Counted from the first letter of the stretch, positions 29,807 through 40,819 are shown. The stretch: DNA of 49,496 nucleotides from an uncultured Nitrospinaceae bacterium (GCA_964584125.1 CAZOYP010000003.1:1-49496), one strand, 5' to 3'. Notes: generated from the sequence alone by a model not told the origin. Numbers and translations: made by a program.

Positions 29807-31114
29807 TTAACGACTTTTTCTTGAGTGGGGCCGGCGGTTTTTGCTGTTAGATTTGGGGTTATTTTGTCTTTGGTTTGATTTGCCAGGTTTGTTGCGACTT
29901 TCTGCTTTAATTGAAGAGCGCCTTTTAAGGTGGGGTGCACCTTCTTTTGCAGATAAGAAAAGTTCTTCTTCGGCCCATTCGACGGGAATTTTATTTTTCA
30001 AGTATTGCTCAACGCGCTCAAGGTGGAGTGCATAGTTTTCACAGCACAGCGTAATCGCTGTTCCTTTCGCGCCGGCTCTAGCGGTTCGGCCTATTCTGTG
30101 AACGTAGTCCTCAGGGTCTTGTGGCACGTCATAGTTAATGACGTGAGTAATATTATCTACGTGAATTCCCCGTGAAGCTACATCTGTGGCAATTAATATG
30201 TTTAGCCTACCTGTTTTAAAGTCTTCCAATACGCTAATACGTTTCTTTTGATGAAGGTCACCACTTATTAGTGCAGCCACATAATTGTTGTGTTTAAGCA
30301 GTAGTTCTAATCTTTCCGCCCACATCTTTGTGTTGCAAAAAATTAAAACCTTTTCCCCAGATTCTTTTTTTAGGAGACCGAGTAATAAATTGAATTTTTC
30401 ATGAAGGCCAACGTGATAAAGAACTTGCTTTATATCATCCACCACTGCTTTTCCTGGTTCCACCATAATTTTTACAGGGTTATTCATGTGTTCGTAAGCT
30501 AACTCCATAACTTTGTAGTTCAGGGTGGCGGAGAATAACATAGATTGCCTTTTGTCGTATGGGGAACAGTTTCTGAATAAATATCTTAAATCTAAAATAA
30601 AACCCATATCAAACATACGGTCTGCTTCATCTACAACCAAGACTTCCAGTTCTTTTAGACTAAACAGCTTTTGTTTGTAGTAGTCAATGATTCTTCCGGG
30701 GGTGACAATTAAAACATCAGCCCCGCTTTTGATTTGATTGCGTTGTTTTTCGTAATCCATACCTCCATAGATGCACATGATGGTTAATTTACAGTGTCCA
30801 CCAATTAACCGCGCATCAATCTCAATTTGTCTTGCCAACTCACGTGTTGGAGCTATTACTAGAGCCCGTGGAGCCACCCACCCTTTTCTTTTAAGTTTAG
30901 GTTTCGGATTATTTAAAAGTCTGGTAAACAAAGTTATTAGGAAAGCAGCTGTTTTTCCCGTTCCTGTTTGCGCTTGGCCCGCTATATCTTTTCCTGAAAG
31001 AGAGATGGGAAGAGTTTTTTCCTGTATTGAGGTGCAGTATTTAAAGTCTGCATCTCTAATACCTTTTAGAACTACTTCGGGAATAGGTAGAGATTCAAAT
31101 GCGATCTGATTCAA
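29807..31114 (-). CDS. rhlB: DEAD-box RNA helicase, RhlB-like
   Basis: GQAQTGTGKT, PTRELA, DEADRMFDMGF, SAT, HRIGRTARAG. Confidence 0.88.
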   Translation of the reverse strand: MNQIAFESLPIPEVVLKGIRDADFKYCTSIQEKTLPISLSGKDIAGQAQTGTGKTAAFLITLFTRLLNNPKPKLKRKGWVAPRALVIAPTRELARQIEIDARLIGGHCKLTIMCIYGGMDYEKQRNQIKSGADVLIVTPGRIIDYYKQKLFSLKELEVLVVDEADRMFDMGFILDLRYLFRNCSPYDKRQSMLFSATLNYKVMELAYEHMNNPVKIMVEPGKAVVDDIKQVLYHVGLHEKFNLLLGLLKKESGEKVLIFCNTKMWAERLELLLKHNNYVAALISGDLHQKKRISVLEDFKTGRLNILIATDVASRGIHVDNITHVINYDVPQDPEDYVHRIGRTARAGAKGTAITLCCENYALHLERVEQYLKNKIPVEWAEEELFLSAKEGAPHLKRRSSIKAESRNKPGKSNQRQNNPKSNSKNRRPHSRKSR

Positions 31115-31219
31115 TTATTGCTCCACTCTGTGGAATATGGAGAGTATTGAGTTCCAAATATAATGGTAAAATCTAAGGAAGGAGTTTTCAATACAATAGG
31201 TTAGGTTATCTATTTGCTC

Positions 31220-31247
31220 ATTATAGTTTGTCCTGGTGTTTTTGCAA
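31220..31247 (-). promoter_or_regulatory. Sigma70-type promoter for rhlB
   Basis: TTGCAA (31247-31242), 16-nt spacer, TATAAT (31225-31220). Confidence 0.5.
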
Positions 31248-31265
31248 CCCTGAAACTCATTTTTC

Positions 31266-31300
31266 TTGACAGTTTATAGTCCCAAGTGATTCAATGCGCA
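31266..31300 (+). promoter_or_regulatory. Candidate promoter for the sdh operon
   Basis: Perfect TTGACA (31266-31271), 18-nt spacer, weak TTCAAT followed by GCGCA. Confidence 0.35.
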
Positions 31301-31496
31301 CCCCGTTTATAGTTGTTTTCTTAAACAATGCTGGGTTTTCCTACAAGTTACTTTGAAACCCCTAAGAATTAAGAATAGAAATATTTCTGAGGGATTAATT
31401 TTTAAATAGTAGTTGAAATATGGTTTTGAGTAATTGAGAATACGGGACTTTATAGAACTTTTTGTTGGTTTGTAAATTAGCTAATAGAGGTTTGCA

Positions 31497-33206
31497 TTGA
31501 TTAGGCACGATGTTGTAATTGTTGGTTCTGGGTTGGCGGGTATGAGAGCTGCCCTCGAGGTTTGTGAGGGGCTAGATGTTGCTATCTTAAGCAAAGTTTA
31601 CCCTACTCGTTCTCATTCGGGAGCCGCTCAGGGAGGGATTGCAGCCTCTCTAGGGAACTCTGAACCTGATAGCTGGGAAGAGCACCTGTACGATACGGTC
31701 AAAGGTGGGGATTTTCTATGTGATCAGGACGCAGTGGAGGAATATGTTAAAGTTGCTCCTAAAGTTATTTACGAGCTTGAACATTTTGGTTGTGTGTTCA
31801 GCCGTACGCCCGATGGGAGGATCGCACAACGCAGTTTTGGTGGTCATTCAAAGCCACGAGCGTGTTTTTCTGCTGACCGTACTGGCCATGCAATTCTTCA
31901 TGCCTTGCACGAACAACTTTTAAAACGCTCAAAATCGATTAAAATTTACTCCGAATGGTTTATGCATTCACTGGTTCTTGAGGGTGATTCTTGCAATGGC
32001 ATTGTAGTTAGTGATGTTCGATCAGGCGCGGTTGAGGTAATCCAGGCTAAAGCAGTGATCTTTGCAACCGGTGGATATGGGCGTGTATTCAACATAACAT
32101 CCAATGCATTTGCTAGTACCGATGACGGAGTTATGGCGGCTTATAATGCTGGGCTTCCACTTGAAGATGCGGAGTTTGTTCAATATCATCCTTCGGGTCT
32201 TTACCGTCAGGGAATCTTGTTTTCTGAAGCGGCAAGAGGTGAGGGCGGTTATCTTCTGAATGGTAAAGGTGAGCGTTTCATGGAAAAATACGCCCCTTCT
32301 CGAATGGAACTGGCACCGAGAGATATTGTTGCACGTGCAGAGCAAAGTGAGATTGATGCGGGGCTCGGGGTTGATGGGAAAGATATTATTCATCTAGATC
32401 TTAGACATCTGGGTCAAGCTCGAATTATGGAACGCCTGCCTCAAATCCGACAGTTAGGAATTGACTTTATTGGTGTTGATTGTGTTACAGATCCTTTACC
32501 TATTCAACCTACTGCCCACTATTCCATGGGAGGAATTCCTACTGATAAGTTTGGGCAAGTTTTAAAGGATGCTGAAGGAACCCCTGTTAAAGGTTTTTTT
32601 GCTGCTGGTGAGTGTTCTTGCGTTTCGGTTCATGGGGCCAATCGCCTAGGAACTAATTCTTTGTTGGATGCCGTTGTTTTTGGTGAACGGGCAGGTCGTG
32701 CCGCCCTTGAGTATGCAAAAAATATTAGTCATGCTCCTATTAATGAAAGCCATGAAAAAACTAAGGTGTTAGAATTGTTTGAAAATGTTTTTCAAAGGGA
32801 GGGTGAGGAGAGCTACAACGATATCAGAAATGAAATGAAAATCATTATGACTGAAAACTGTGGTGTTTTTCGCGATGAAAGTCGGTTGCAAATATGCATA
32901 GAAACTATTAAAAAACTCAAAGCAAGATATAAAAGAGGAAGAATCACTGACAAGGGCAAGCTATTCAACACCGAAATATATGAAGTTTTAGAACTCGGTA
33001 ATATGCTTGGTATGGCTGAGATAATAGCTTTCGGTGCCATCAATAGAAAGGAAAGTCGTGGTGGCCATTCCCGAACAGACTATCCTAAACGTGATGATGA
33101 AAATTTTTTAAAACATAGTTTGATTTATAACACTGACAGTGGTATCGAAATTAAATATAAGCCAGTAATAATCACAAAACATAAGCCTGCGGAAAGAACC
33201 TATTGA
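31497..33206 (+). CDS. sdhA: Succinate dehydrogenase/fumarate reductase flavoprotein subunit
   Basis: [16 protein letters not shown] (covalent FAD His), [32 protein letters not shown]. Confidence 0.96.
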   Translation: MIRHDVVIVGSGLAGMRAALEVCEGLDVAILSKVYPTRSHSGAAQGGIAASLGNSEPDSWEEHLYDTVKGGDFLCDQDAVEEYVKVAPKVIYELEHFGCVFSRTPDGRIAQRSFGGHSKPRACFSADRTGHAILHALHEQLLKRSKSIKIYSEWFMHSLVLEGDSCNGIVVSDVRSGAVEVIQAKAVIFATGGYGRVFNITSNAFASTDDGVMAAYNAGLPLEDAEFVQYHPSGLYRQGILFSEAARGEGGYLLNGKGERFMEKYAPSRMELAPRDIVARAEQSEIDAGLGVDGKDIIHLDLRHLGQARIMERLPQIRQLGIDFIGVDCVTDPLPIQPTAHYSMGGIPTDKFGQVLKDAEGTPVKGFFAAGECSCVSVHGANRLGTNSLLDAVVFGERAGRAALEYAKNISHAPINESHEKTKVLELFENVFQREGEESYNDIRNEMKIIMTENCGVFRDESRLQICIETIKKLKARYKRGRITDKGKLFNTEIYEVLELGNMLGMAEIIAFGAINRKESRGGHSRTDYPKRDDENFLKHSLIYNTDSGIEIKYKPVIITKHKPAERTY

Positions 33207-34147
33207 TGATTACTTTTAAGATCAAACGATATAACCCAGAGAAACAAGCAGAGTCTTATTTTGAGGAATTCCAATTGAGTGGCACAGATGATCTTACGTT
33301 GTTGGATTGTTTGAACCAAATTAAATGGACTCTCGATGGTAGTTTGACTTATCGCATGTCTTGCCGAAGCGCAATATGCGGCTCCTGTGCGGTAAAGGCA
33401 AATGGGCATTCTATACTTGCTTGTCAGAAGCAAGCAAGCCACTTGGTAAAGGATAATGATACTATTACTCTTGAACCGTTAGGCAATATGAAGCCAATTA
33501 AAGATCTAGCTGTTGATTTCAAGCCTTTCTGGGATAAAGTTAATAAGGTTAGTCCTTATCTGCAGCCAAATAAAAAAACACCAGAAAAAGAAATAAAACA
33601 ATCACCGGAACAATTTAAACTCATTGACGATGCAAGTACATGCATAATGTGCGGTGCGTGCTATTCGGATTGTAATGTTCTTGAAGTGGATGATAGTTTT
33701 TTGGGTCCAGCTGCGCTTGCCAAGGCTCAGCGATTTGTGCAGGATTCTCGTGACGGAAAAACTTTAGCTCGTGTAAAAGAATTGAGTAAACCAGGTGGAA
33801 TCTGGGATTGCACCCACTGTGGAGAATGCGTTGAGCGTTGTCCTAAACCGGCGGAACCTTTTGATCGCATTAAGGAGATCATGACCGTTGCGTTGGAACA
33901 GGGTGTTACTAGTAATAATGGTGCCCGTCATGCTCTATCATTTACCAAGTCAGTCAAATCTAGTGGTAGTCTCAATGAAAATATTATTCCTGTAGAGTCA
34001 GTGGGTTTTTTCAACTTCAAGGGATTGTTTGATTTGTTGCCCGTTGGTTTACGTATGTTTTTTAAAGGAAAGAATCCGCCGATTTTGCATAAGTCGATTG
34101 ACGATGTTGAAGATGTTAAGCGAATTTATATGGAGCTAAACGAGTGA
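33203..34147 (+). CDS. sdhB: Succinate dehydrogenase/fumarate reductase iron-sulfur subunit with C-terminal extension
   Basis: CRSAICGSC...[27 protein letters not shown] at 33206 is the likely start. Confidence 0.95.
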   Translation: MMITFKIKRYNPEKQAESYFEEFQLSGTDDLTLLDCLNQIKWTLDGSLTYRMSCRSAICGSCAVKANGHSILACQKQASHLVKDNDTITLEPLGNMKPIKDLAVDFKPFWDKVNKVSPYLQPNKKTPEKEIKQSPEQFKLIDDASTCIMCGACYSDCNVLEVDDSFLGPAALAKAQRFVQDSRDGKTLARVKELSKPGGIWDCTHCGECVERCPKPAEPFDRIKEIMTVALEQGVTSNNGARHALSFTKSVKSSGSLNENIIPVESVGFFNFKGLFDLLPVGLRMFFKGKNPPILHKSIDDVEDVKRIYMELNE

Positions 34148-35022
34148 TGAAATTTGCTTTGTTTACAGGATGTGTTGCTAAGGGTGCTACGCGAGAACTA
34201 ATGCTTTCGACGATGAAATCTGCTGAGGGGCTGGGTATTGATTTTGTAGAAATGAAAAGCGCTGCATGTTGTGGCGCCGGAGTTGTTTCTGAAAAAAATC
34301 CACTTCTTGCTGATGCATTAAACGCTCGTACCATTGCAATAGCTGAAGAACAGAATCTGGATCTTGTGACTATTTGTTCTACCTGCCAAGGAATTTTAAA
34401 AAAAACAGAATGTCATGTCGACTCTGACCCTACTTATAAGGGAAAAGTTAATAATGTTCTCGAGGAAGGTGGTCATCAATATGCAGGTGGGAAGGTAAAA
34501 ATTCAACACTTTGCGAATGTACTTGGTACTGAAGAAGGATTAAAACTTTTACGTGATAAAGTGAAGCGCCCGCTAACAGGTCTGAGGACTGCGGCATTTT
34601 ATGGGTGTTATGTTTTGCGTCCATCAGAGTTATCCTTGTATGAAGATCCTGATAATCCAACAGGAATGGAAGAGATTTTTGAAATCTTAGGGGCTACACC
34701 CGTTTACTATGAAAGTCGTACTAAATGCTGCGGGTTTCCTATTATCATGATGAACAAGGATGCGTCTCACGACATGGCAGGCAATGCTCTTATAGATGCA
34801 ATTGATAGCGGCGCAGATTGCGTAGTAACAGGGTGTCCATTGTGTCATTTAAGTCTTGATGCTTATCAACCTGAAATAGATAAAATGAATAAAAAGGGTT
34901 GTTCGATTCCAATCTTACATTTGCCCCAGCTCGTTGCTTTAGCTTTGGGTTATTCGCCACAGGAATTAGGGATGGATAAGCATATTGTTTCTACTACCAG
35001 ATTAGATAAAATTCTAACCTAG
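34144..35022 (+). CDS. CCG-domain (HdrB-like / SdhE-type) subunit
   Basis: Two CCG repeats: FTGC...ACCG...CSTC and FYGC...KCCG...CPLC; overlaps the sdhB stop. Confidence 0.9.
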   Translation: MMKFALFTGCVAKGATRELMLSTMKSAEGLGIDFVEMKSAACCGAGVVSEKNPLLADALNARTIAIAEEQNLDLVTICSTCQGILKKTECHVDSDPTYKGKVNNVLEEGGHQYAGGKVKIQHFANVLGTEEGLKLLRDKVKRPLTGLRTAAFYGCYVLRPSELSLYEDPDNPTGMEEIFEILGATPVYYESRTKCCGFPIIMMNKDASHDMAGNALIDAIDSGADCVVTGCPLCHLSLDAYQPEIDKMNKKGCSIPILHLPQLVALALGYSPQELGMDKHIVSTTRLDKILT

Positions 35023-35074
35023 ATCCAGGTCCTACGATTGATCTTTCACTAGTACCTTCTTCCATGCGGAGGAT

Positions 35075-36634
35075 GTGTTGGATAACTCTCAATCTTCATA
35101 CAAGAAAAAAATTTTTGTGCTCGTAAGCGGTTTGGTTTTATTTTCAATCATTCTACTTATGCCACTTCCAGAAGGGATGACTTTTTCTGGGAAACGTCTC
35201 TTAGCAGTTATAGTTTTGATGGCTTGTTGGTGGATTGGTGAAGGGACCGCTATAGCTGTTACGGCACTTATTCCTCTTATTCTTTTTCCCTTATTGGGCA
35301 TCATGTCGAGCAAGGAGGTTGCTCCCAACTATGCTAATCACTTCGTGTTCCTTTTTTTAGGCGGATTTATGATTGCATTAGCTATGGAGAAGTGGAATTT
35401 TCATAAGCGCCTAGCATTATGGATTATTGTCTTGATAGGAACGGGAGTTACAAGAATTATCCTAGGTTTTATGATGGCATCAGCATTTTTATCTATGTGG
35501 ATTTCAAATACAGCTACAACGATGATGCTTCTTCCAGTGGGGATGGCTGTTGTGGGACAAGTTGCTCGCCAGTCTAATTTAAATGGCAGACGTGATAAAT
35601 TTTCTGAGAAACAGGTGGTAGAAAGCATGGGACTTGTCCTTATGTTAGGCTTGGCTTATTCAGCTAGTATAGGAGGGGTTGGCACGCTTATTGGCACAGC
35701 GCCTAACATTGTTTTTGCAGGATTCTATAAAAATCTTTACCCGGAAAATCCAGCAATTAGTTTTGTGGAATGGATGACTATGGCAGTTCCTGTGATAATT
35801 GTTTTCATTCCCATTGTATGGATTTACCTTTGCAAATTTGTATCTCCAATTCCTTTGAGTCAGATTGAGTTTTCAAAGGGCAACGAAAATATTATTAAAC
35901 ATGAGCTTGCAGAATTGGGTAAAATTACTCGCCCGGAAAAAATGGTTGCCTGCGTTTTTGCTGCTACAGCCTTGATGTGGATTTTTCGTAAACCCCTTGA
36001 GTTAGGATCAATTACTTTGCCAGGATGGTCAAGTCTTTTTTCAAACCCTGAAATGCTTAATGATTCAAGCGTGGCAATGATAATGGGTATTTTGCTAATG
36101 CTCCTTCCTGTTCATTTTAGCCAAGGTGTCATAGTTGATGGGCAGCGTGAATATTTCCTTCTTGACTGGAAGACAGTAGAGACACGGATGCCCTGGGGAA
36201 TATTACTATTATTTGGCGGTGGTTTTGCTCTTGCTTCAGGTTTTACCAAAACTGGGCTGACAGGTTGGATTGGAAATCAGTTGACTGGACTATCCTTATT
36301 TCCTTTGTGGTCAGTAGTTTTATGCGTATGTTTGATTATAACATTTTTAACCGAGCTTACTTCGAATACGGCGACATCTACAATTATTTTACCAGTAATG
36401 GGGGCAGCTGCAGTGGTTGCTGGTTTTCACCCATTGATGTTCATGTTGCCGGCAACACTTTCAGCATCATTTGCCTTCATGCTACCTGTTGCGACGCCTC
36501 CTAATGCTATTGTATTTGGAAGTGGTTGGGTAACTATTCCTGCGATGTCGCGTGCCGGATTTGCTCTTAACCTGATTGGGGCGGTGCTTGTGACAGCACT
36601 TACTTTACTGCTTATTCAGACTCTTTTTTTGTAG
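35075..36634 (+). CDS. SLC13/DASS family sodium:dicarboxylate/sulfate symporter
   Basis: FLSMWISNTAT, GTLIGTAPN, TELTSNTAT, AFMLPVATPPNAIVFG. Confidence 0.92.
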   Translation: MLDNSQSSYKKKIFVLVSGLVLFSIILLMPLPEGMTFSGKRLLAVIVLMACWWIGEGTAIAVTALIPLILFPLLGIMSSKEVAPNYANHFVFLFLGGFMIALAMEKWNFHKRLALWIIVLIGTGVTRIILGFMMASAFLSMWISNTATTMMLLPVGMAVVGQVARQSNLNGRRDKFSEKQVVESMGLVLMLGLAYSASIGGVGTLIGTAPNIVFAGFYKNLYPENPAISFVEWMTMAVPVIIVFIPIVWIYLCKFVSPIPLSQIEFSKGNENIIKHELAELGKITRPEKMVACVFAATALMWIFRKPLELGSITLPGWSSLFSNPEMLNDSSVAMIMGILLMLLPVHFSQGVIVDGQREYFLLDWKTVETRMPWGILLLFGGGFALASGFTKTGLTGWIGNQLTGLSLFPLWSVVLCVCLIITFLTELTSNTATSTIILPVMGAAAVVAGFHPLMFMLPATLSASFAFMLPVATPPNAIVFGSGWVTIPAMSRAGFALNLIGAVLVTALTLLLIQTLFL

Positions 36635-36768
36635 TAGTTCCTAATATTTTTACAATGTTATGAAATGGGGGTCTTTTCTATTATTCAATACCTTAGCTTT
36701 TCATTCGGCACTAACGCTGGAAAGGTAGCTCTTTATAAAAAATATTTTTGATTTTTTTTAATGTGTTT

Positions 36769-38292
36769 TTACGTGGATGCAGAGCTTACTGGCTTCCATT
36801 TCAGTTGTGGATTTCGGGCGGCCATGATTTCATCTGGACGAGATACAACGGGGATTTGAGGTGAGTCATGAAAAACTTCTGGAGTTTTTTCTGCTAGTTC
36901 AGCTATTTTTTTCATGGCTTTAATGAATTCGTCCAGTGTTTCCTTTGATTCTGTTTCGGTCGGTTCGATCATCAATGCACCCTTTACAATTAATGGGAAG
37001 TAAACTGTAGGGGGGTGAAATCCGTAGTCAATGAGCATTTTTGCTATATCCATTGTGCTTACCTTTTTTGCAAGTTGATATTTGTCGTTGAATACGCACT
37101 CATGCAAACTTGGCCCATCGTAGGGGAGATGATAGTCTTTGCCAAGCGAGGCCTTGATATAGTTGGCATTTAGAACTGCCATTTCTGAAGCTTTTTTGAT
37201 TCCTTCTGGACCAAGAGACCTAATATAGGTATAAGCCCGAACGAGGATGCCAAAGTTGCCGTAAAAGGCTTTCATTTTTCCAATGCTATCAGGGCGGTTA
37301 TTATTAAGTACATATTTACCATTTTTATGCTCGATAGTTGGTTTTGGGAGAAAAGGCTCTAGTTTGCTGACGATCCCTACAGGACCAGCTCCTGGTCCAC
37401 CGCCACCGTGAGGAGTGGAGAATGTCTTGTGTAAATTGAAGTGTAAAACATCTATTCCCATGTCTTTTATTTTCGTTTTGCCCATTACTGCGTTTAGATT
37501 GGCCCCATCGCAGTATACTAGTCCACCCTTCTTATGAACGATCTCAGTAACTTTTAATATGTCCGTTTCGAACATTCCTAGAGTGTTTGGATTAGTCAGC
37601 ATTACAGCTGCAGTTTCTTCATCCATAATAGATTCTAGTTTTTTTGGATCTATTAGGCCTCGTTCATCTGACTGTATTTGTACTACACTATATCCACATA
37701 AATTTGCAGTGGCTGGATTAGTTCCATGGGCTGAGTCGGGTAAGATAACTTTTTGTCTCTGTTTTCCTTGAGCCGAGTGATATGCATGAATCATGAGCAT
37801 TCCTGCTAATTCCCCTTGCGCACCCGCTGCAGGTTGCAAGCTTACATGTTCCATGCCACTAATTTCTTTGAGGTACTCTTGCAATTCAAACATGAGCTGT
37901 ATGCTACCTTGTGAAAGAGATTCAGGTGTGTACGGATGATGTTGTGCGAACCCGGGAAGAGACGCGGTTTCGTTATTAACCTTAGGGTTATATTTCATTG
38001 TGCAGGAACCTAGTGGATAAAAATTTGTGTCAATACTGAAATTCCATTGTGAAAGTCTTGTGAAGTGTCGAACAACATCGAGTTCAGTCAGTTCGGGAAA
38101 ATTTTCAATTGGACCACGAATTTCCGCAACAGGGAGAATAGCTTCAAGTTCTACTTCAGGGACATCACATTTTGGAAGGGAGTAAGCTTCGCGACCCGGT
38201 GACCCCATTTCAAAAAGTAACGGTTCGTTGAAAACCAAGCCTTTTTTTCCTATTGACGAGTCGTTTAATAATTGGTGAGGAGGTTTATTCAT
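36769..38292 (-). CDS. gcvPB: Glycine dehydrogenase (aminomethyl-transferring) subunit 2
   Basis: YPLGSCTMKYNPK, SAHGTNPA, NLHKTFSTPHGGGGPG (PLP Lys), MIEPTETE. Confidence 0.96.
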   Translation of the reverse strand: MNKPPHQLLNDSSIGKKGLVFNEPLLFEMGSPGREAYSLPKCDVPEVELEAILPVAEIRGPIENFPELTELDVVRHFTRLSQWNFSIDTNFYPLGSCTMKYNPKVNNETASLPGFAQHHPYTPESLSQGSIQLMFELQEYLKEISGMEHVSLQPAAGAQGELAGMLMIHAYHSAQGKQRQKVILPDSAHGTNPATANLCGYSVVQIQSDERGLIDPKKLESIMDEETAAVMLTNPNTLGMFETDILKVTEIVHKKGGLVYCDGANLNAVMGKTKIKDMGIDVLHFNLHKTFSTPHGGGGPGAGPVGIVSKLEPFLPKPTIEHKNGKYVLNNNRPDSIGKMKAFYGNFGILVRAYTYIRSLGPEGIKKASEMAVLNANYIKASLGKDYHLPYDGPSLHECVFNDKYQLAKKVSTMDIAKMLIDYGFHPPTVYFPLIVKGALMIEPTETESKETLDEFIKAMKKIAELAEKTPEVFHDSPQIPVVSRPDEIMAARNPQLKWKPVSSAST

Positions 38293-38433
38293 TCTTGGTC
38301 CTTATAGCTAAATATTAGACAGATTTTGTAGAGATAGGATGTGATATGAAACTTTGTATCAGCAGCCTTATCATGAATTAAGTGGTGCCTTGTTATAACG
38401 AAAAAAAATATAGATTAATAGAGATCCCCGCAA

Positions 38434-39513
38434 TTATATCGTTTTATGAATAGGAGTGTTAGTGAGCAATTGATTAATTTTATCTAGGATGGTCTCGGGT
38501 GAAAGGGTATCTGGTTTTTTTTCTTCAAGTAGAATATGTGGAGTATTTATAGGTTTCCAGCGCGCGATTTCTCCGTGCTTAAAGATCACCACTATCGGTG
38601 TTTCTACTGCAGAAGCAAGATGCATTATTCCGGTATGGTTGCAAAGCAAGAGGTCGCTTTTTTTAATGACTAGAGCCAGCTCTTTTATTGAAAGAATTGG
38701 TAGTTTATTAATTTTCTGGTTTGCCATTTGATTGATCTGATCTATTAATAGCTCTTCACCTGGAGCGCATATAAAAAAAACCTCTGCTTTTTTAGAACTA
38801 GATAGTTTATCTGCCACGACTTGAAAGTTCTTCGCTTCCCATCCCCATTTTTCGATACGTGTTCCAGGTTTTATTAGCACGAGTGGGTATTGAGGGTGTT
38901 TGCGGAGTGTGTTCAGCATGGCAGTAATTTTTTTTTCTTCATCCTGATTAAAATATAGGCGCGGATACTTCGAACTTATTTTTAATCCTGAATGATTTAA
39001 CAATTCAAGATTATTTAAGCTTTCGTGGCGTTGCTGGTTATCTATGGGTAAGCGAATATCATAGAGCCAAACTGTTTCATCGTGTGCATAGCCTATTTTA
39101 TATTTGGCTCCGCTGATTAAGGCAATAAGGGAAGAAATTACACTGAATTTTTTGTTTAGTGTAAATGCAACATCAAATCTATTTTGGCGAAGTTGTTTTA
39201 TAGTGGTTCCAATATTTTTTGGGGCAAAGGAGATTATTTTATCTATATTGGGGTTGTCAGTTAGGATGGAGACATTATTACTATCTACGACTGCAGTTAC
39301 TTGAAGATGTGGAAAGGAGTTTTTGATAGATTCATAAACAGGTGTTGATAAAACTACATCACCAAGGCGATCGGGTCTTATCACTAAAATAGATGAGAGA
39401 GAGTTGAAATTTATAGGGAGTGGAGGGGATATTTTTTTACCTGAAAGCAATCCAATCACTAGCCATAGGACATGCTTTGCAATGCGTTCTATTTTGCGAG
39501 CCAGTTCGCCCAT
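38434..39513 (-). CDS. Glycosyltransferase family 9 (heptosyltransferase-like)
   Basis: ILVIRPDRLGDVVLSTP, HE, CNHTGIMHLASAVETPIVVIF. Confidence 0.9.
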   Translation of the reverse strand: MGELARKIERIAKHVLWLVIGLLSGKKISPPLPINFNSLSSILVIRPDRLGDVVLSTPVYESIKNSFPHLQVTAVVDSNNVSILTDNPNIDKIISFAPKNIGTTIKQLRQNRFDVAFTLNKKFSVISSLIALISGAKYKIGYAHDETVWLYDIRLPIDNQQRHESLNNLELLNHSGLKISSKYPRLYFNQDEEKKITAMLNTLRKHPQYPLVLIKPGTRIEKWGWEAKNFQVVADKLSSSKKAEVFFICAPGEELLIDQINQMANQKINKLPILSIKELALVIKKSDLLLCNHTGIMHLASAVETPIVVIFKHGEIARWKPINTPHILLEEKKPDTLSPETILDKINQLLTNTPIHKTI

Positions 39514-39542
39514 AAGGTTTGTTTAGCCAAGAGGCAGTGCGT

Positions 39543-39713
39543 TTACAGCAATGGTTGGGCTTGATCTATGAGCATGATAGGAATGTCATCCTGAATGATA
39601 TACTTTAGCTTACATGCTTTGCAGTCAAGGCTATCTTCTTTAAGAGTTAATTCTAAATCGCCTTTACATTTTGGGCAAACCAAAATTTCTAAAAGTTCTT
39701 TGTCAAAAGCCAT
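39543..39713 (-). CDS. Trm112/YcaR family protein (56 aa)
   Basis: Manual translation: MAFDKELLEILVCPKCKGDL...CKACKLKYIIQDDIPIMLIDQAQPLL; below the ORF-track size cutoff. Confidence 0.9.
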   Translation of the reverse strand: MAFDKELLEILVCPKCKGDLELTLKEDSLDCKACKLKYIIQDDIPIMLIDQAQPLL

Positions 39714-39742
39714 CGTGCTGCCTTTCTCTTCTGATTTTAGTG

Positions 39743-40819
39743 TTAAGAGGAGGTTATCATCTTAATGTGCTCAGAAGCTAATTTTTTCGTTGCTTCGAAC
39801 ATGTTTTGTACTGTTACTTTGTCCATGCACTCAGTTGTTCCTAAGGGGCACTGGCGCTTCCAGCAGAAGCTACAGTTTAATTTGTGAAAAACAGCTTCAT
39901 GTTTCTTTGAATAGGCGCCATTTCGGTTTGGGTCAGTGGGGCCCCATACCGAAACCGTAGGAATACCTAATGCCCAGCAGATATGAAACGGTCCAGAATC
40001 ACTTCCCACAAATAAAGAAAGCTTTTTATAGATTCCTATAGATTCTGCTATAGAGGTAGCAGGTGCTATCCATGATTGTTGTTTCATTGAATTTGAGATA
40101 TTGCGGACCATATCTTCTTCCCCTGGCCCCCATGTAAGAAGAATTGAAAAGCCCAATTCTTCCGTTAGTCTGTCGGCAAACCGAGCGTAACGTTCTATAC
40201 TCCAAAGTTTAGTTGGAAATCCAGCTCCCGGGTTTATACCAGCTATGGGTTTTTTTGTGAGCTTGCTATTTTTCATCATAAAAGCTTCTGAGGTGTGCTC
40301 ATCCTCCGCGCGGATGGATATTGTGAACTCCGTCTGAGGATGAAAGTCTCCTAAGGCTGAAAGTTGAGATAGGCAACGGTCCACTATATGACTACTAGAA
40401 GAAAGATACTTGCTTTGGTTATTGTTAAACCAGGTATTAATTTTTTCTCGACAGTTGTTGCGATGAAACCCAACCCTGTTGGGTGCGCCTGTCATGCGAG
40501 CAATGACTCCGGTTTTAATGAGACCTTGTAAGTCGAAGGTCCAGTCAAACTGGCGTTTCTTTAATAGTTTTCTTATTATACAGATTTCATCCCAGGATTT
40601 GGTGCTGAGATTTTTGCGCCAATATTTAGTTCGGATTGGGATTACTTCATCAAGATCTGGATTCCATTTGATTAAGTCCTGAAAGCTTTCCTCGATTATC
40701 CAAGCAATATAAGCGTCAGGATAATTTGTTCTCAGGGTTCGAAGAAAGGGCAAGGCATGAACAATATCGCCTATGGAGCTAAGTTTAATGATTAGAAATT
40801 TTTGTTTTAGGGAGTTCAT
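39743..40819 (-). CDS. waaC: Lipopolysaccharide heptosyltransferase I
   Basis: LIIKLSSIGDIVHALP, DLQGLIKT, HIVDR, GSDSGPFH, WGPTDP. Confidence 0.85.
   Translation of the reverse strand: MNSLKQKFLIIKLSSIGDIVHALPFLRTLRTNYPDAYIAWIIEESFQDLIKWNPDLDEVIPIRTKYWRKNLSTKSWDEICIIRKLLKKRQFDWTFDLQGLIKTGVIARMTGAPNRVGFHRNNCREKINTWFNNNQSKYLSSSSHIVDRCLSQLSALGDFHPQTEFTISIRAEDEHTSEAFMMKNSKLTKKPIAGINPGAGFPTKLWSIERYARFADRLTEELGFSILLTWGPGEEDMVRNISNSMKQQSWIAPATSIAESIGIYKKLSLFVGSDSGPFHICWALGIPTVSVWGPTDPNRNGAYSKKHEAVFHKLNCSFCWKRQCPLGTTECMDKVTVQNMFEATKKLASEHIKMITSS

Noticed and set aside
34144-35022. Methanogen-type heterodisulfide reductase
   Set aside because: No hdrA or hdrC; the gene overlaps sdhB, so it is better explained as an Sdh/Frd subunit
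38293-38433. Glycine riboswitch upstream of gcvPB
   Set aside because: The gap is short and AT-rich and lacks the GGAGA...CCGAAG...CTCTCAGG core
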